Positions 1 through 13,753 of a stretch of DNA of 64,000 nucleotides are shown piece by piece. How positions within the stretch are numbered: the stretch's first letter is position 1; each line of letters begins with the position of its first letter. Where the stretch lies: the NCBI RefSeq assembly GCF_009914755.1, contig NC_060946.1; one strand, written 5' to 3'. This DNA comes from the human T2T-CHM13v2.0 reference genome, Homo sapiens. The notes beneath the pieces were generated by a model. It saw only the letters and a list, made by a program, of their open reading frames with translations. It searched no databases and had not been told where the DNA came from. The position numbers were made by a program, and so were the translations under genes.

Positions 1-1550
1 CGTATCCATTTTCCTTACATTTATCAGGGGAAAAAAAATGGGTGAGATTGAAGAAGTTGCCGCATATCAGATAAGCATTTCCTCAAAGCATGATTTGTTG
101 TGTGTGATACCGTGGCTGGGTATAGAATTACATCACAAACAGATTTTCTTTTGGAGCTTTGAAGACATCACTTCCTTGCCTTCTCCCAGCCTACATGATG
201 GCTGTGTGATACCTCACTCCTTTGCTCATCACCCCTCAGGAACCCATGCACCATCCTTTTGACCTTTTGATTCTGATGCATCATTGCATGACATCTAGGT
301 ATGTTGACACCTTTGGGCACTTTGCATGGGAAGTTCAGATTTAGCTCAGGGAATTTTATGTATCTGTGATTATTTCTTTTCCTCCATTGTCTTTATTTCC
401 CTTGGGACTCTGATCAGAGCAATTATTCTCCATTGGAAATAGAACCTCAACACCCAGACACGTGCTGGTGGTTTTCATCACTATAAAGACCACGGTCCTA
501 ATGGCATTTGGTGCTCAGAGCCCTGGATGCCGAGTCCTGAGTATGTCCAGGACAGTGTGGAACAGACAAAAACCCTGACCCCAAGGCTGATGGCACACCC
601 CGCTAAGGAATGCTGCACCAGTGCCTCCAAATCTCCAGCTTCTTCTTTTACATACTTGTCTCCTTTTCATCTGGGGCACTGTGCTCTAGAAGATATCGGT
701 CTCGTTGTTCAAGTTCTGAGGAAGGTCCCCTCCATCACCGTCATCTTCTCCTCCAGCAACCCCACTTTGAACTTTGGGGGAACTCTTGCTTTCTGAAGCA
801 GTCTGCTCTGGTTTGATGTGGCACCATCCTTGTGGATCTCTGCAGATGTTTTTTGAAAAAGATTAAACAGAGTTTCTGCCTCTGTGTGTCTCTGCTTCCT
901 CTGGGGTCAGTTTTCAGCTCGCTCCTCTCTGTGCCTCTGCTTCCTGCTGTCAGTTTCCCTCCCAGGCAGTCCTGCCTGTCTCGTCGCTTTCTGGACAACA
1001 GAGGATTAGGCCTGTAAGCCTGGGAGGGTGGCTGGGACCCTCTGCCTCTGCAGCAGGCTTCTCTCCTAAGTTGGGGGAATGGCTGTTGGGCTCTGCTGGC
1101 CAGGAAGAGGCCGGCCTTCTTCTGAGGGTGGGATGGCTGGTGCCCTGTCGCTGCTGGACTGAGAGGCTCTGGGTGTTCCAGGGTGGACTGCCTGGCTGTG
1201 TACTGTGTGCAGGGCTTGGATGTCAAATGGATCATTTGAGGCTTGGAATAAAACAGAGCACAGGCTGACCTCAGCCCCGGGTATGTAGGAGGTGAGGGAG
1301 GGTGGAAGGTGAAGGTGCATGGGGCCAGGTTATTTTTGGCTCTGATGTCCACTCTGTGGAGCTGTGGTCCACACAGAGACACCGCCTGCTGACCTGTCCT
1401 GCCAACCCACAGGTTCTTTACAGGCCCTTCCCCTAACTCTGCCTGGGAAATGAATCATAGCTGGGTATAGCTCTGTAGATACTGGGGGTGGGAGGGCTGG
1501 CCCCAGCTCTGGGGTCGGGTGTCTAGTGAGGGCCCATTCTGCCCCAGCCC

Positions 1551-1680
1551 TTTGCCCACCTCACATCTGGACTTTTTGCCCACCTCACATCTGGACTCCT
1601 CTTCGCCTGCCTCACATCTGGACTCCTCTTTGCCCGCCTCACATCTGGACTCCTCTTCGCCCATCTCACATCTAGACTCT
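1551..1680. repeat. Minisatellite, ~27-bp unit x5 (core CTCACATCTGGACT)
   Basis: TCACATCT(G/A)GACT recurs at 1561, 1585, 1612, 1639 and 1666 (periods 24, 27, 27, 27). Confidence 0.9.
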
Positions 1681-2364
1681 GTGGGATGTTGCAGGAATTG
1701 CCCTCCGCCCTTCCTCCTGCTTGGGCCGGGCGGTGCAGATGTAGGTCCCGGTTTCATCTTCTCTCATTTCTTGGGACTTTGCTCCCGGCTGCAGGCACCC
1801 TTCTAGCAGTTAGTTACAGTGAGACGGTATGTCACATTTGGGCCTCCGGCATTGCTCGCCCCCACCTGCCCCAGCCAGAACTCGGGGCTCCCCAGGGCAG
1901 GGCTTTTGTTCCGCCAGCAGTTCCTTCTGGCACCCGTCCATGCCTGTCCATGGTTTGGCTGTGTGGACTGTTGTGTTCACACATCCCAGGATCTGCTCTT
2001 CCTGCCTCTGGAACGGGCTTTATCTGAGTGACCTTTCAGGTACGTCCCTCCTCAGCCTTCGAGTTACAGTTTGCACAACGGTGATCTCGGTGTTATTGAT
2101 TGAATCGCGTCATTTGCAAACCACGCTTTTGTTTGGGCGTCGACATTGGGGCTGATCCATGTTAGTGCAGTTAGACGCTGCATCTGGGCCCTAGTGACTG
2201 CCTGTCCCGGAACAACACGTCACAAAGGCAGGGACAGTGGGAGGTCCACACCCCCCACAGAAGGAGCCCTCGTTCAGGGAGACGCCGTGGGGAGGGGGGC
2301 CTCCTTAGCTTGCCCGTTGGGTCTGCAGTGTGATGGGAGATTTGCAGCATTAGCAGTACCTATA

Positions 2365-2839
<475 letters not shown>

Positions 2840-4299
2840 TAAAGATCAACATGGGTATTGCCAAGTGGCAGAGATGCAGGACTCAGGAGGCTTCCTGTGG
2901 CGGGGCCCCCGTCCAAAACTCTGGGCCTCAGAGGTTGCAGCGGGAGACAGAGCAGGGGATGCAGAGCAGCCTTCAGGGATCAGCCTGGAAAGGGCATCTC
3001 TGCTGCCCTCAGCAAAGCAGCCCGGCCCATACACCCACTTGTGGGATCCTGGGAGGCATATTCCTGTTATCAGGGCAGCAAAAGGGGAAATAGGCTGGAG
3101 AAGCTTTGCCCAGACAAGTGGACCCCCCACCAGCTGGGCATCTCAGCAGGACAGTCCTGGTGGCGGCCGTTTTCAACACCAAGCTTGGAGAAGACCTAGG
3201 AGGCATGTGCCGAGGTTGCTCTGACACCACTGGGTGCAAAAGCCCGGCTTCCCTCTGCAGTCTCCAAGCATCTGTCCTGGCTCTTCCTTCACAGCTGCCG
3301 GGGAGCCCCGCCTGCTGGCTGAGGCCTGAGGCCTCCTGCTCTCTTATTCTTCAAGACCCACCCTGTCCTCCCCAGTCTCCAGGTCAGCATTGTACCATTG
3401 CACACAGGAGTGCAGCCCTGAAGCCTGAAGGCCCTGCAGGTGGCTCATCCCAGACCCACTGCCCTGTGCATCACAGCGCACCCTGACGCCCGGGCACAGG
3501 TGCCACATTTGCCCTCATTCAGGAGCAGGGAGTTGGCGCCCACCACTGGCAAGCAGGTGCTGCCTCCAGAAGGCTGCTGAGGCAGCTGGCGGTGGGGCAG
3601 GCAGTGGGCCTTGGCTGGACCATTTGAGGCTTGGAATAAAACACAGAGCACAGGCTGATCTCAGCCCCCAGAGGGCTCACAGGCAGCCTCCCTGGGCCAC
3701 AGCAGCCAGCCTCAAAGATCCAGCCGTGTCCCCAGCCTGCCCAGTCAAAGGAACCAGAGTGTTCTGGGAGGGCAGAGAGCCTGGACAGCGTCCACCTCAT
3801 GGTCTTGGCCTGTCCCTCCCACCTGGGGTCCAGGTTCCATCTGGAATTTGGGAGTGGCCACAGGTGGGAGGACACCTTCTGGGTCTGGGCCAGGTGAGCC
3901 TTTGAGGGAGGGTGGACGTTGTCCCGGGAGAAAGGGGCCAGCAGACATGCCTCTTAGGGTGTGGGGCAGGCAAGCAAAGGAGGCATTGGAGGGAGGCGGG
4001 CCTCATCCCTGCTTTGTCTTTCCTGTGGCTCCCGCTCAGAGGCGCAGGGGGAACAGCCATCACCACTGTGGGTGATTCTCCCAGGTATGCCTGGTGGTCG
4101 TTCAGGAGTCTACACGGCTCCCACTCTCCAAGCCTGTGTGATGTCCAGTTCTTTTGTCCCAGCCATGCCTGCAAATGGCCCCCCACGAGGAAGGACACAG
4201 GACTGCAACCCAGTTCTGCAGGCTGAGATAGCTGGAGCCACCCTCTCCCCAGCCAGTGTGGACTAGCCAGTGTGGACTCTGCGGCCGGGGAGCGGGTAT

Positions 4300-4470
4300 G
4301 CGCTGCTCATGGCTTGGACTCTGATACAACAAGCCCTGCTCAAGTCCTGGTTTCTCCACTCCCAAGCCATTGACCTTGAGGAGGTCAACTGATTTCTCTA
4401 AGTTTCTTCCTGGAAGTGGGATGCTCCTTGGACTAACCTCCCTGGACATTGCAAGTGTGAAGTGATTAGA
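4300..4470. mobile_element. MIR fragment (degraded)
   Basis: tgaccttgaggaggtcaactgatttctctaagtttcttcctggaagtggg resembles the MIR core. Confidence 0.4.
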
Positions 4471-6451
4471 GGGTTCCCAGGATGGTCTGGTTAGGGTGGG
4501 GGTCACCTTTTTGAGCTGTCATTACCACTGGGCTCCCAGGGGCAGCCCTGGGTAGGCCTCTGCCCTGCAGAAGACTCTGCTCTCTCGTGGAGGACGCCCC
4601 TGCCTGGCATTCGGCTGGAAGCCACTTCTGACCACCCCAGAGCCACCCATATAAATCTGTATTAAGACACAATTATCTTGGACATTCTCTCCTGCCCACT
4701 GGACAGAAAGCTGTTTCCGGCACAGGCCAGCTGCTGTGAATACAGCTGCCTTCTGAGTGCCCGTCGGGGATGCTGATGGGCTGAAACAATTTTATTTTCC
4801 TGCTGTCAGGGCAGGATCTGCTCGTGGCTCCCCCATAGGCCTGGGGAGCAGGACCCTGCCCGCCCGCTGTGCTCCCGACACCTTTGGTCATCACGCCTTG
4901 GCTCGGACGTCGGTTTCAGATGTGCAGTTCTGGGGATGGGGATGCCGGGGTCTGTGGAGGCAGCTCAGGGTGGCCGGGCCACGCGATTGCAGAAGGGACA
5001 TGTATCCAGGCTGTAGTGACCTTCCCGTGTTCTTGAGGGACTGCTCCCCGGCAAGTCTTCATCTCCAGCAAGACTGACCAGAGGGGCCAATCAGCTGGCC
5101 AGGAATAGACCCAGCAGCAACGTGGGACAGCCCAGACCTGGCTTTCTGCCTGCTGCCTCCCTCCTGGGCCCATCTGCCTGAGTTTGGAGTCCAGGCTGGG
5201 TCTTCTCCTCCCCGAGGCCTCCCACCCCTGAGCGCCAAGGCCCAGAGGAAGCAGCTCCTGGTTGGAAGTTTGCAGGAGGAACTTGAGGAAGAAACTGAAG
5301 AAAAAGTGAGTCTCCCTCACAAGGAGAGTCAGGTCGGGCGGGCGTGGCGTCCCCCTCCTGGATGACAGGCCACCCAAGCACAGCTACAGGCAGCTGTCCT
5401 GGCCCCTGGGGAGGGATAGAGGAGTCCTGCAGTGGCCCTGCCATGTTGCTCCAACACTGTGGAGGTCCAAGCTGGAGGCAGCCCTGCCTGATCTGGCATC
5501 CTCACCCCCAGACCTTCCAGTCCCCCAGGCCTCCCTAGACCCCGAGAGCTCACTCCCCAGAGCTCCCCATTCCTGCATCCCAAACCTTCCAGGCCCCTGG
5601 GGCTCCCTATCCCCGCCCCCGTTGCTCTGTCTGATGTCAGCAGCTCCCTGACTCTGACCCTTGCCATTCCAGTTCCCTGGTCCTCCTGAGCCGCCTCCCT
5701 CAAACCTCTTTCCTGAATTCTCTTTCCTGGGGCGGCTGCTCTGGGCCCCATGTTCCCTCTGCTGAGGGCTTCTGAGGCTTCTCTTTCCTGTTCCCTTAAG
5801 CTGGGCTATAAGGGCCCCCAGGGAGGGGCTCTCTCCCACCGGCTCTGTGCAGCTGATGTTCTGGGGATCCTGCTGTGCCCCGGGCTCCACACCTGGATGC
5901 AGTGGTACAGGCAGCCAGCCGAGCCACCCTCGGAGAACTGACCCTACGCGGGGCAAAGACACAGGCCTCAAATCCATCCATGTGTCTCAGGGCCCTGTGC
6001 AGAGGAACCAGGAAGAGGTCGGGCACCAGGCGAGAATGCTGAGGCCTGTGGTCCAGGGAAGGGCTTCAAACAGGTCCTTGGAGGGACATGAGTTCTGGAT
6101 GAGCCTGGAGAGCTGGAGCAGGAAGAGGTCGGGGAGCCGCGTGTGTGACCTAAGCAGGGCTGCGGCAGGCGGGGCCAGGGCTGCAGGTGGTGCGGCCTCT
6201 GTCCCACACGTGGAAAAGTGTCCTCAGCCCACCCACAGGACGGAAGCCCTGCGCTCAAGGAAGGATGCTGGAGATAGACGTCACAGGAAAACGCATGATG
6301 GAAACTTCTAAAAAGAAAACGGAAAAACAAAGTTAAAAAAAAAAAATGCTGGTGTGTACATTTGTGTATTTCAAAGACCTCAGGGTGTAAGGACAGAAGA
6401 AACTTCTCACATGTTGGAAGCCTGTCTCTGAGTTCCGGTGCCAGGGCACCG

Positions 6452-7647
6452 TCCCGGCTCCCTGTCCATCCCTCTCCCGGCTCCCCGGCTCCCCAGCTCC
6501 CCGTCCATCCGTCTCCCAGCTCTGCGTCCATCCCTCTCCCGTCTCCCCGTCCATCCCTCTCCCGGCTCCCCGTCCATCCCTCTCCCGGCTCCGCGTCCAT
6601 CCCTCTCCTGGTTCCCCAGCTCCCCCTCCATCCCTCTCCCGTCTCCCTGTCCATCCCTCTCCTGGTCCCTGTCCATCCCTCTCCTGTCTCCCCGTCCATC
6701 CCTCTCCCAGCTCCCTGGCTCCCCAGCTCCCCGTCCATCCCTCTCCCAGCTCTGCGTCCATCCCTCTCCCGGCTCCCTGTCCATCCCTCTCCGGTCTCCC
6801 TGTCCATCCCTCTCCCGGCTCCCCGGCTCCCCAGCTCCCCAGCTCCCCGTCCATCCCTCTCCCAGCTCTGCGTCCATCCCTCTCCCGGCTCCCCGTCCAT
6901 CCCTCTCCTGGCTCCCCAGCTCCCCGTCCATCCCTCTCCCGTCTCTCTGTCCATCCCTCTCCCGGCTCCGCGTCCATCCCTCTCCCGGCTCCCCGTCCAT
7001 CCCTCTCCCGGCTCCCTGTCCATCCCTCTCCCGGCTCCCTGTCCATCCCTCTCCCGGCTCTGCGTCCATCCCTCTCCCGGCTCCCTGTCCATCCCTCTCC
7101 CGGCTCCCCGTCCATCCCTCTCCTGGCTCCCCAGCTCCCCGTCCATCCCTCTCCCGGCTCCCCATCCATCCCTCTTCCGGCTCCCCGTCCATCCCTCTCC
7201 GGGCTCCCCGTCCATCCCTCTCCCGGCTCCCCGTCCATCCCTCTCCGGGCTCCCCGTCCATCCCTCTCCGGGCTCCCCGTCCATCCCTCTCCCGGCTCCC
7301 CGTCCATCCCTCTCCGGGCTCCCCGTCCATCCCTCTCCGGGCTCCCCGTCCATCCCTCTCCCGGCTCCCCGTCCATCCCTCTCCGGGCTCCCCGTCCATC
7401 CCTCTCCGGGCTCCCCGTCCATCCCTCTCCGGGCTCCCCGTCCATCCCTCTCCGGGCTCCCCGTCCATCCCTCTCCCGGCTCCCCGTCCATCCCTCTCCG
7501 GGCTCCCCGTCCATCCCTCTCCCGTCTCCCCGTCCATCCCTCTCCCGTCTCCCCGTCCATCCCTCTCCCGGCTCCCCGTCCATCCCTCTCCTGGCTCCCC
7601 AGCTCCCCGTCCATCCCTCTCCCGGCTCCCTGTCCATCCCTCTCCTG
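6452..7647. repeat. ~1.2 kb C-rich VNTR, 23-bp unit GGCTCCCCGTCCATCCCTCTCCC with 8-bp CCAGCTCC variants
   Basis: Unit directly visible about 50 times; stop-free, which explains the overlapping 431-587 aa ORFs. Confidence 0.97.
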
Positions 7648-9182
7648 GTGTGGCTGAAGATGTGTTGTTCCATGAAGCGCCGCCCTCACCGTGTGGACCG
7701 GCCCTGCCCAAGCACTCTCAGGGTTCTGCACAGGCCAGGCAGCTTAGCCCAGTGGTGACCAAGTCCACCCCCAGCTCTGTCCCTTCCTTTAGGATGGCCT
7801 AGGGCGGACCCCATGAACCTCAGTTTTCCCACTTGTAAATGTTATCCCAGCATCACCCCCAGGAGTCACAGAGGCCTCGTGAGGCTGCAGAGGGCCCGGT
7901 TCAACCGGCACCCACCCGTGGTCTCACTGCAGCTGCTGCAGCCCCGGTGGGTGTGGATGGGTGGCCATGGTCCCCCCACCCTGTGTGCAAGGAGGATATC
8001 ATGTCTGAGGCTGAAACCACCTGCTCACCCCAGACCCCAGGCCCTGGCTCCGGCCTGTCTTCTTTGCTGGAAGCAGAGTTATAAATAACTTCCAATTTGG
8101 GGCTCTGTGGGGCTGGCAGGAGCGTGTGCGTCCCACGACCCAGGTTGCTGCCAGCTTTTGCTGGGTTCTCAGAACAAAAGATGGAAGATCTCGAGGAGAC
8201 TTTAGTGCACAGCCTCCTGCTGTACCCGCCATGCAGTTGCCTGCCCAGTCCCTGCTGCCGGGGCCCTGTGGCATTTAGTCTCCATTCAAGTCCAGGTAGC
8301 CCCACAGCAGGAGAGAAGGGCGAGGGGGCTAAGAGGTGACGGCAGCACACTGAGAGGGGCCACCAAGAAAGGGAAGTGGGCACCCACAAACACAGAGGAT
8401 GGGGAGGCAGGAGGAGCTGAGGGACCCCAGCACTGCTGCTGCCCCTGGACAGGGCAGCCTCCCAAAATTTGCCCACCACGACTGGGCACTGACAGCCAGT
8501 GTGCCAGGCCCCTTGTGCATGCCAGGTCTCTAGGGCAGAGGAGGACTGAGGATGTGGTCCTCACCGTGGGAGGTCCTGGTCCAGTGAAAGAGGATCCAGA
8601 TGTCCTGGCTCTTCCCACTGCAGCCGCCTTGGGAGCACAGTGCTGCAGACACCTGCACCTGTGCCTGCTTCACTCCCACTGTGCCACCGTCCAGTGCTGG
8701 GCCGGGCACACCAAGCTGTGTCGGCTCTCATCTTAGGGCGCCCGGGTGGCAAGAACTGGGGAGCATGGAGAAAAGGGCCCCCAGGCCCAACCTGCGCTCC
8801 CACCACGGCTTCTGGAAGGATCCTAATCTGGCTCAGGCTCGCTGGAAACCTCAGACATGTTGCCTAAATTCTGAGCATCCATTTTGTTCTCCGGGGCCCT
8901 ACCTGTCAGATTCAGTGGATTGCTCAGAATATTAGTGGATCCTGGAAGACATCGTGGTGCAGCATGCAGCACTCGGAGGCAGGGCCTGAGCCACGCTTAT
9001 CCCTGAGCACATCATGCTCAGAGTTGTAGGGAGAGGCAGCCCCTGCCCATCGCAGCTGTAACCAAGGAAAGCACATCCAAATGCCTGGAACCGAGTTTCC
9101 CCCCAATTAGGAGAAGCACAGAAAATGAGGGGCTCCAACCCGTGAGGACACGCACAGCTCAGCAGTAGAGACGCTCTCCTCA

Positions 9183-9602
<420 letters not shown>

Positions 9603-10422
9603 TTAGTTGAGTTAGAAGATGGGGTCTGTCCTTCTTGCACACACTCCGGATCCTGGGGTGTTGTCCACATGTAGACTCTCCCACTCCTGCTTGATCAAAC
9701 ACCAGCACCCCGTCGTTGGGGGCTGGACATTGAGGGGAAATGGCCTTAGGTTCTCGCACAGATCCGTCCACTGTCCTAGGAGCTGTGGAGTCTTTGCGAG
9801 GGTACGGGAGCTCCCCGTCAAGCAGACGTTGTTGTGGACTCACTGGAGACTCGGGGCCTCCCAGGGCCTGAGGCTGCGGCTCCCCAAGGCCGTCCTCAGC
9901 TTCCCATCGATCCCATTCGTGGAGCACAGTGGGTGTTTGATGACAAATCACAACTTCTGCACCCCTGTGGATGTGTTCAGAGGATCCAGAACTCTGTCCT
10001 CCTGCTCCAGGTTGTGGCCAGCAGTCTGGGCTCCCTAGACCAGCAGCTGGCAGGAATGCCAGCCCTGCCACTCTCCAGCCTCAGGAATGACCTGACCTTA
10101 GAACCCAGGGCTTCTCCAGGTGTCCCCTAGAGCCGTGATGATGAGGGGATGAAATGGCAGATGGCACCTGGGTGAGACCCCCACACCCAAGGGGCTGCAG
10201 ATGAAGGGGTTGGGGCAGAAGGGGTACAGGTGGCTTTGGGAACATCTGCCCCTCCACCCAGAGCCCCCTGAAGTTGCTAGTGATGTTGATACATATCATC
10301 GTGAGCTTCTGTCCCCTGGTGACCCCACGTCCCACAGGACCAGGCTGAGGCTGAAAAGAGGTCTTCTTGACATCCTTACCAGCGGTTGGTCAACTGTCCC
10401 ACAAGTTGGTGAAAGCAGAAGA

Positions 10423-10592
10423 CCCTGACGTCATTTGCATATAACCCAGAAGCACAGTCATTGTCACTGTATTGACAAAACCCTGACAGCATTTGCATAT
10501 TACCCAGAAGCACAGTCATTGTCGCTGTATTGACAAAAGCCTGACGGCATTTGCATATTACCCAGAAGCACAGTCATTGTCGCTGAATTGAC
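10423..10592. repeat. 58-bp tandem triplication, each unit with ATTTGCAT and CATTGTC
   Basis: ATTTGCAT at 10433, 10491 and 10549 (period 58), each followed by ...acccagaagcacagtCATTGTC. Confidence 0.92.
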
Positions 10593-11556
10593 GTGTGTCT
10601 GGATGAGGCCTTTGCTTTGCGGGTGATCTGTGGCTTGGTGCTTTCGTCGGTTTTTTTTTGTGCGTGTGTTTATTTCTAAAGCCAGGCTCCTAGTTATACT
10701 TGATGATTTCAAGGTTGTGTTTCATTACAGTGTGGCAGGAAGGCTTGACACGCGTGGAGTCCCCTGGCAGTTTTTGACTTTTGATTTCCGTCTCTCCCCT
10801 TGTCTTGACCACACCTAAATTCACAGCAGATTGTTTTTTAGAAATGTACTCTATTGCATCTTTCGGTAATATTCAGCTAGTGTTCATGGAAACAGCTCCT
10901 TGCTTGCTTTCCACACTTACCTTCCGTTGACTTATTTAATTCTACTTAAGTTATACAGTCCCGGTGGCAATACCAGCTACAGGGTCACAGCCAGGTTTCG
11001 GAATAGACACGGCTCTCTTGGTAAACGCACACACACAGACACACACACACTCGGGGCACAGTGATGCAGGAGTGACCTCGGACAGGCCCGGATGTTCCTC
11101 CCACGTAATAAAGACTTTCTTCAAAGGCATTACACACAGACGAGAGTGCTGGTTAATAGCTTAACGCCATAAGCTAATTAGCTGGGGGCCGGTGGTGAGA
11201 GAGCGCCAGGTACGGCACTTGCTGGGCACTGTGCCCTTTCATCAGCCTAACAGCCCAGTGCTCAGTTGCCACTCCTCTCACCTATTTTGCTTTTAGAAGG
11301 TGCTGTTTGCACCCTTCTCTTCAGATGAGGCCAAGAGGCTCTCTTGGCCAAAGTGAGTTTACCTGAAGGGACGGGCTGAGGCCAGAGCCAGGTCGTTGGG
11401 CCACAGACCGTGCACTCGCTGGTTCCTCCACGGCTCAGGAACAGCCTCCCACTGCCAGGACAGCCTAGGAGGCTGGGCCAGCACCTTCATTCAGTTCAAC
11501 GCTTTCTATCACAGAACTGTTTTGAAAAAATTGCAAACTTTCAAACTTGTCATTGG

Positions 11557-11924
11557 CAATACGGTTTGGCTCTGTGTTCACACCCAAATCTCATGTTGAA
11601 TTGTAATCCCCACATGTCGAGGGAGAGAGCTGGCAGGAGGTGATTGGATCATGGGCGCGGTTTTCCCCATGCTGTTCTCATGACAGTGAGTGAGTTCTCA
11701 CGAGATCTGATGGCTTAAAAGTGTAGCCCCTCCCCCGTTGCCGGCTCTCCCTCCTGCCTCCATGTGAGACGTGCCTGCTTCCCCTTTGCCTTCTGCCATG
11801 ATTGTAAGTTTCCTCTGTGGCCTCCCCAGCCATGAGGAACTGTGAGTCAGTTAAACTTTTTTTTCTTTATAAATTACCCAGTCTCAGGTAGTTATTCATA
11901 GCAGTTTGAAAACTGACCAGTGCA
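11557..11924 (+). mobile_element. THE1D/MSTA-type MaLR solo LTR
   Basis: caatacggtttggctctgtg...caaatctcatgttgaattgtaatcccc...gtgagttctcacgagatctgatgg...ataaattacccagtctcagg matches the MaLR LTR layout. Confidence 0.9.
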
Positions 11925-12742
11925 ATCAGTTTTATGATTTTCCCAAGGCCCCGAGTCTCCTTACCATGGAGTGAGCCGTTACCTGAATTCCAGGCAATGG
12001 TATTTTCTTGGGAGGGGAGTGAGCGTTCGGAAGCAGAAGTGCGTGGGGATGGCTTGGCTCTGCCGTCCCTCAGCCCTTCCTGTCTCCTGTGGGATCAGGG
12101 GTTTGCTCACAGGACGGTGATCTTTGGAGGCTTTGTGGGGTAGAGGGAGGGCACTGTGTTGAGAGGCACTTGGAAGTAGGCAGAATTGAGCCCAGGAGGA
12201 GAGGAGGCAGCCGTGAAGCGTGATTGGCCTTCCCAGGGAAGGGCGATGGAGTGACTCAGAACTCCCAGCAGCTGTCCCATAAAGCCTCCACATCTCATGA
12301 TGTGACCTAACCATGGTCTAGAAGTACAGTGACCCTTCCCGTTCACGAGGCTGGACACCCAGGACTCAGGTAGGAACAAGGTTGATGCTGCCTCCAGAGC
12401 AGACCAGCCGCAATTCAGTCACTGTGTGCACTGTGTCACCCTGGTAAGCACCTTGGCCCCTTTCAGATTCTCCAGGCCTCCCCACACTCCTGCCCGCTTC
12501 CCAGGATCTTTGAGGTTGTCAGCTGGGACAGGCAAGTGCCCAAGGCACTAAACAAAGACTGAGGCTGTGTCTGGGTAAAATCCCCCAAGAGCGGCTGAGA
12601 ACTCCAATTCCTTGGAAATACAAAGGTTTCCATGTTTCATGGTGACCCCAGGGCCCGACCTGCTCACACGCTGTGCCCGGCACTTACCTCTCGGGGTGCG
12701 GCTCCCAGAGGAGCTTCCCAGAGCTTCCCTGCTGATAGGCTG

Positions 12743-13607
12743 TGTTGACCAAGAAGCCAAACTCTGTAAAATATTTAAGGAGGTTTATTCTCCGCCAGTG
12801 ACCATGGCCTTGGGTGATAGTCTCAGGAAGACCACGTGTGCCTGAGTTGGGTTATAGTTGGTTTTATACATTTTAGGGACACAGAAGTTACAGGCAAAGG
12901 CATAAGTCAGTGCACTTAAGATGTACGTTGGTTTGGCCTGGGAAAGGGGAGATCTCCAAGGTGGGGGCTTCCAGGTCATAGGTGGATTCAGAGATTTCCT
13001 GATTGGCAATTGGTTGAAAGAGTTAAGCTTTGTCTAAAGACTTCAGAAGTCAGTAAAAAGGAATGCTGGAGTTAAAATGGGAGGTTATGGAAGCCACAGT
13101 TCTTATTATGTAGATGAATCCTGTAAGCAGCAGGCTTCAGAGAGAATGAATGTCTCTCCTAGGACCTTAAAAGGTGTCAGACTCTTAGTGAAATCTCTCT
13201 TGGATCCAGGAAAGACCTAGAAAAAGGAGATGCAAATTTTCCTCACAAGAGACGGCTTTGCAGAGCCATTTCAAAATATGTCAGAGAAATGTTCTTTGGG
13301 GTAAAATATTTTGATTTCCTTTAGAGCCTGCTATGTGTCATGTGATGCTGCACCAGAGTCAGGTTGGAATTTGGTATCTTATTGCCACAAATTATCCATG
13401 TTGTCAGTCTTATGATCTCTCTTTTAATGATACTGCTGGTCAGTGGGGCCTAAACTCCAAAAGGGAGGGGGCGTATTGAGGGGTGTCTAATCTCCCATCC
13501 CATCATGGTTGGGAATTCAGTTTGTCAGATTTCTCTGGGCTCTCCTTGGCCTATGGGGGTGTCTGTTCAGTTGGCTGGGGGGCTTAGGGTTTCATTTTGG
13601 GTTTACA
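12743..13607 (-). mobile_element. MER4-family ERV1 solo LTR
   Basis: TG...CA termini (tgttgacc...gtttaca); MER4-like ttccaggtcataggtggattc...gattggcaattggttgaaagagtt; imperfect 4-bp TSD gctg/gctc. Confidence 0.8.
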
Positions 13608-13753
13608 GCTCTCTGCCAGTTAGAAAACACCCCATTCAGAGTCCTTTGCATGTACACCTGTTGCCGGCTGCATCCATCACCACTGGTCATCCTTCCTTGT
13701 GGTTCCAGAAGCTAAGAGGAGGGCAGGGCCTGGAAATGCAGATGCCTTCCCTT

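Noticed and set aside
5968-7802. Five overlapping ORFs of 431-587 aa on both strands
   Set aside because: All are translations of the stop-free 23-bp VNTR, open in several frames at once, with no domain content.
10423-10592. Regularly spaced repeats as a CRISPR-like array (also 13754, 51883, 54249, 63578)
   Set aside because: Units are head-to-tail with no unique spacers, there are no cas genes, and the DNA is primate.
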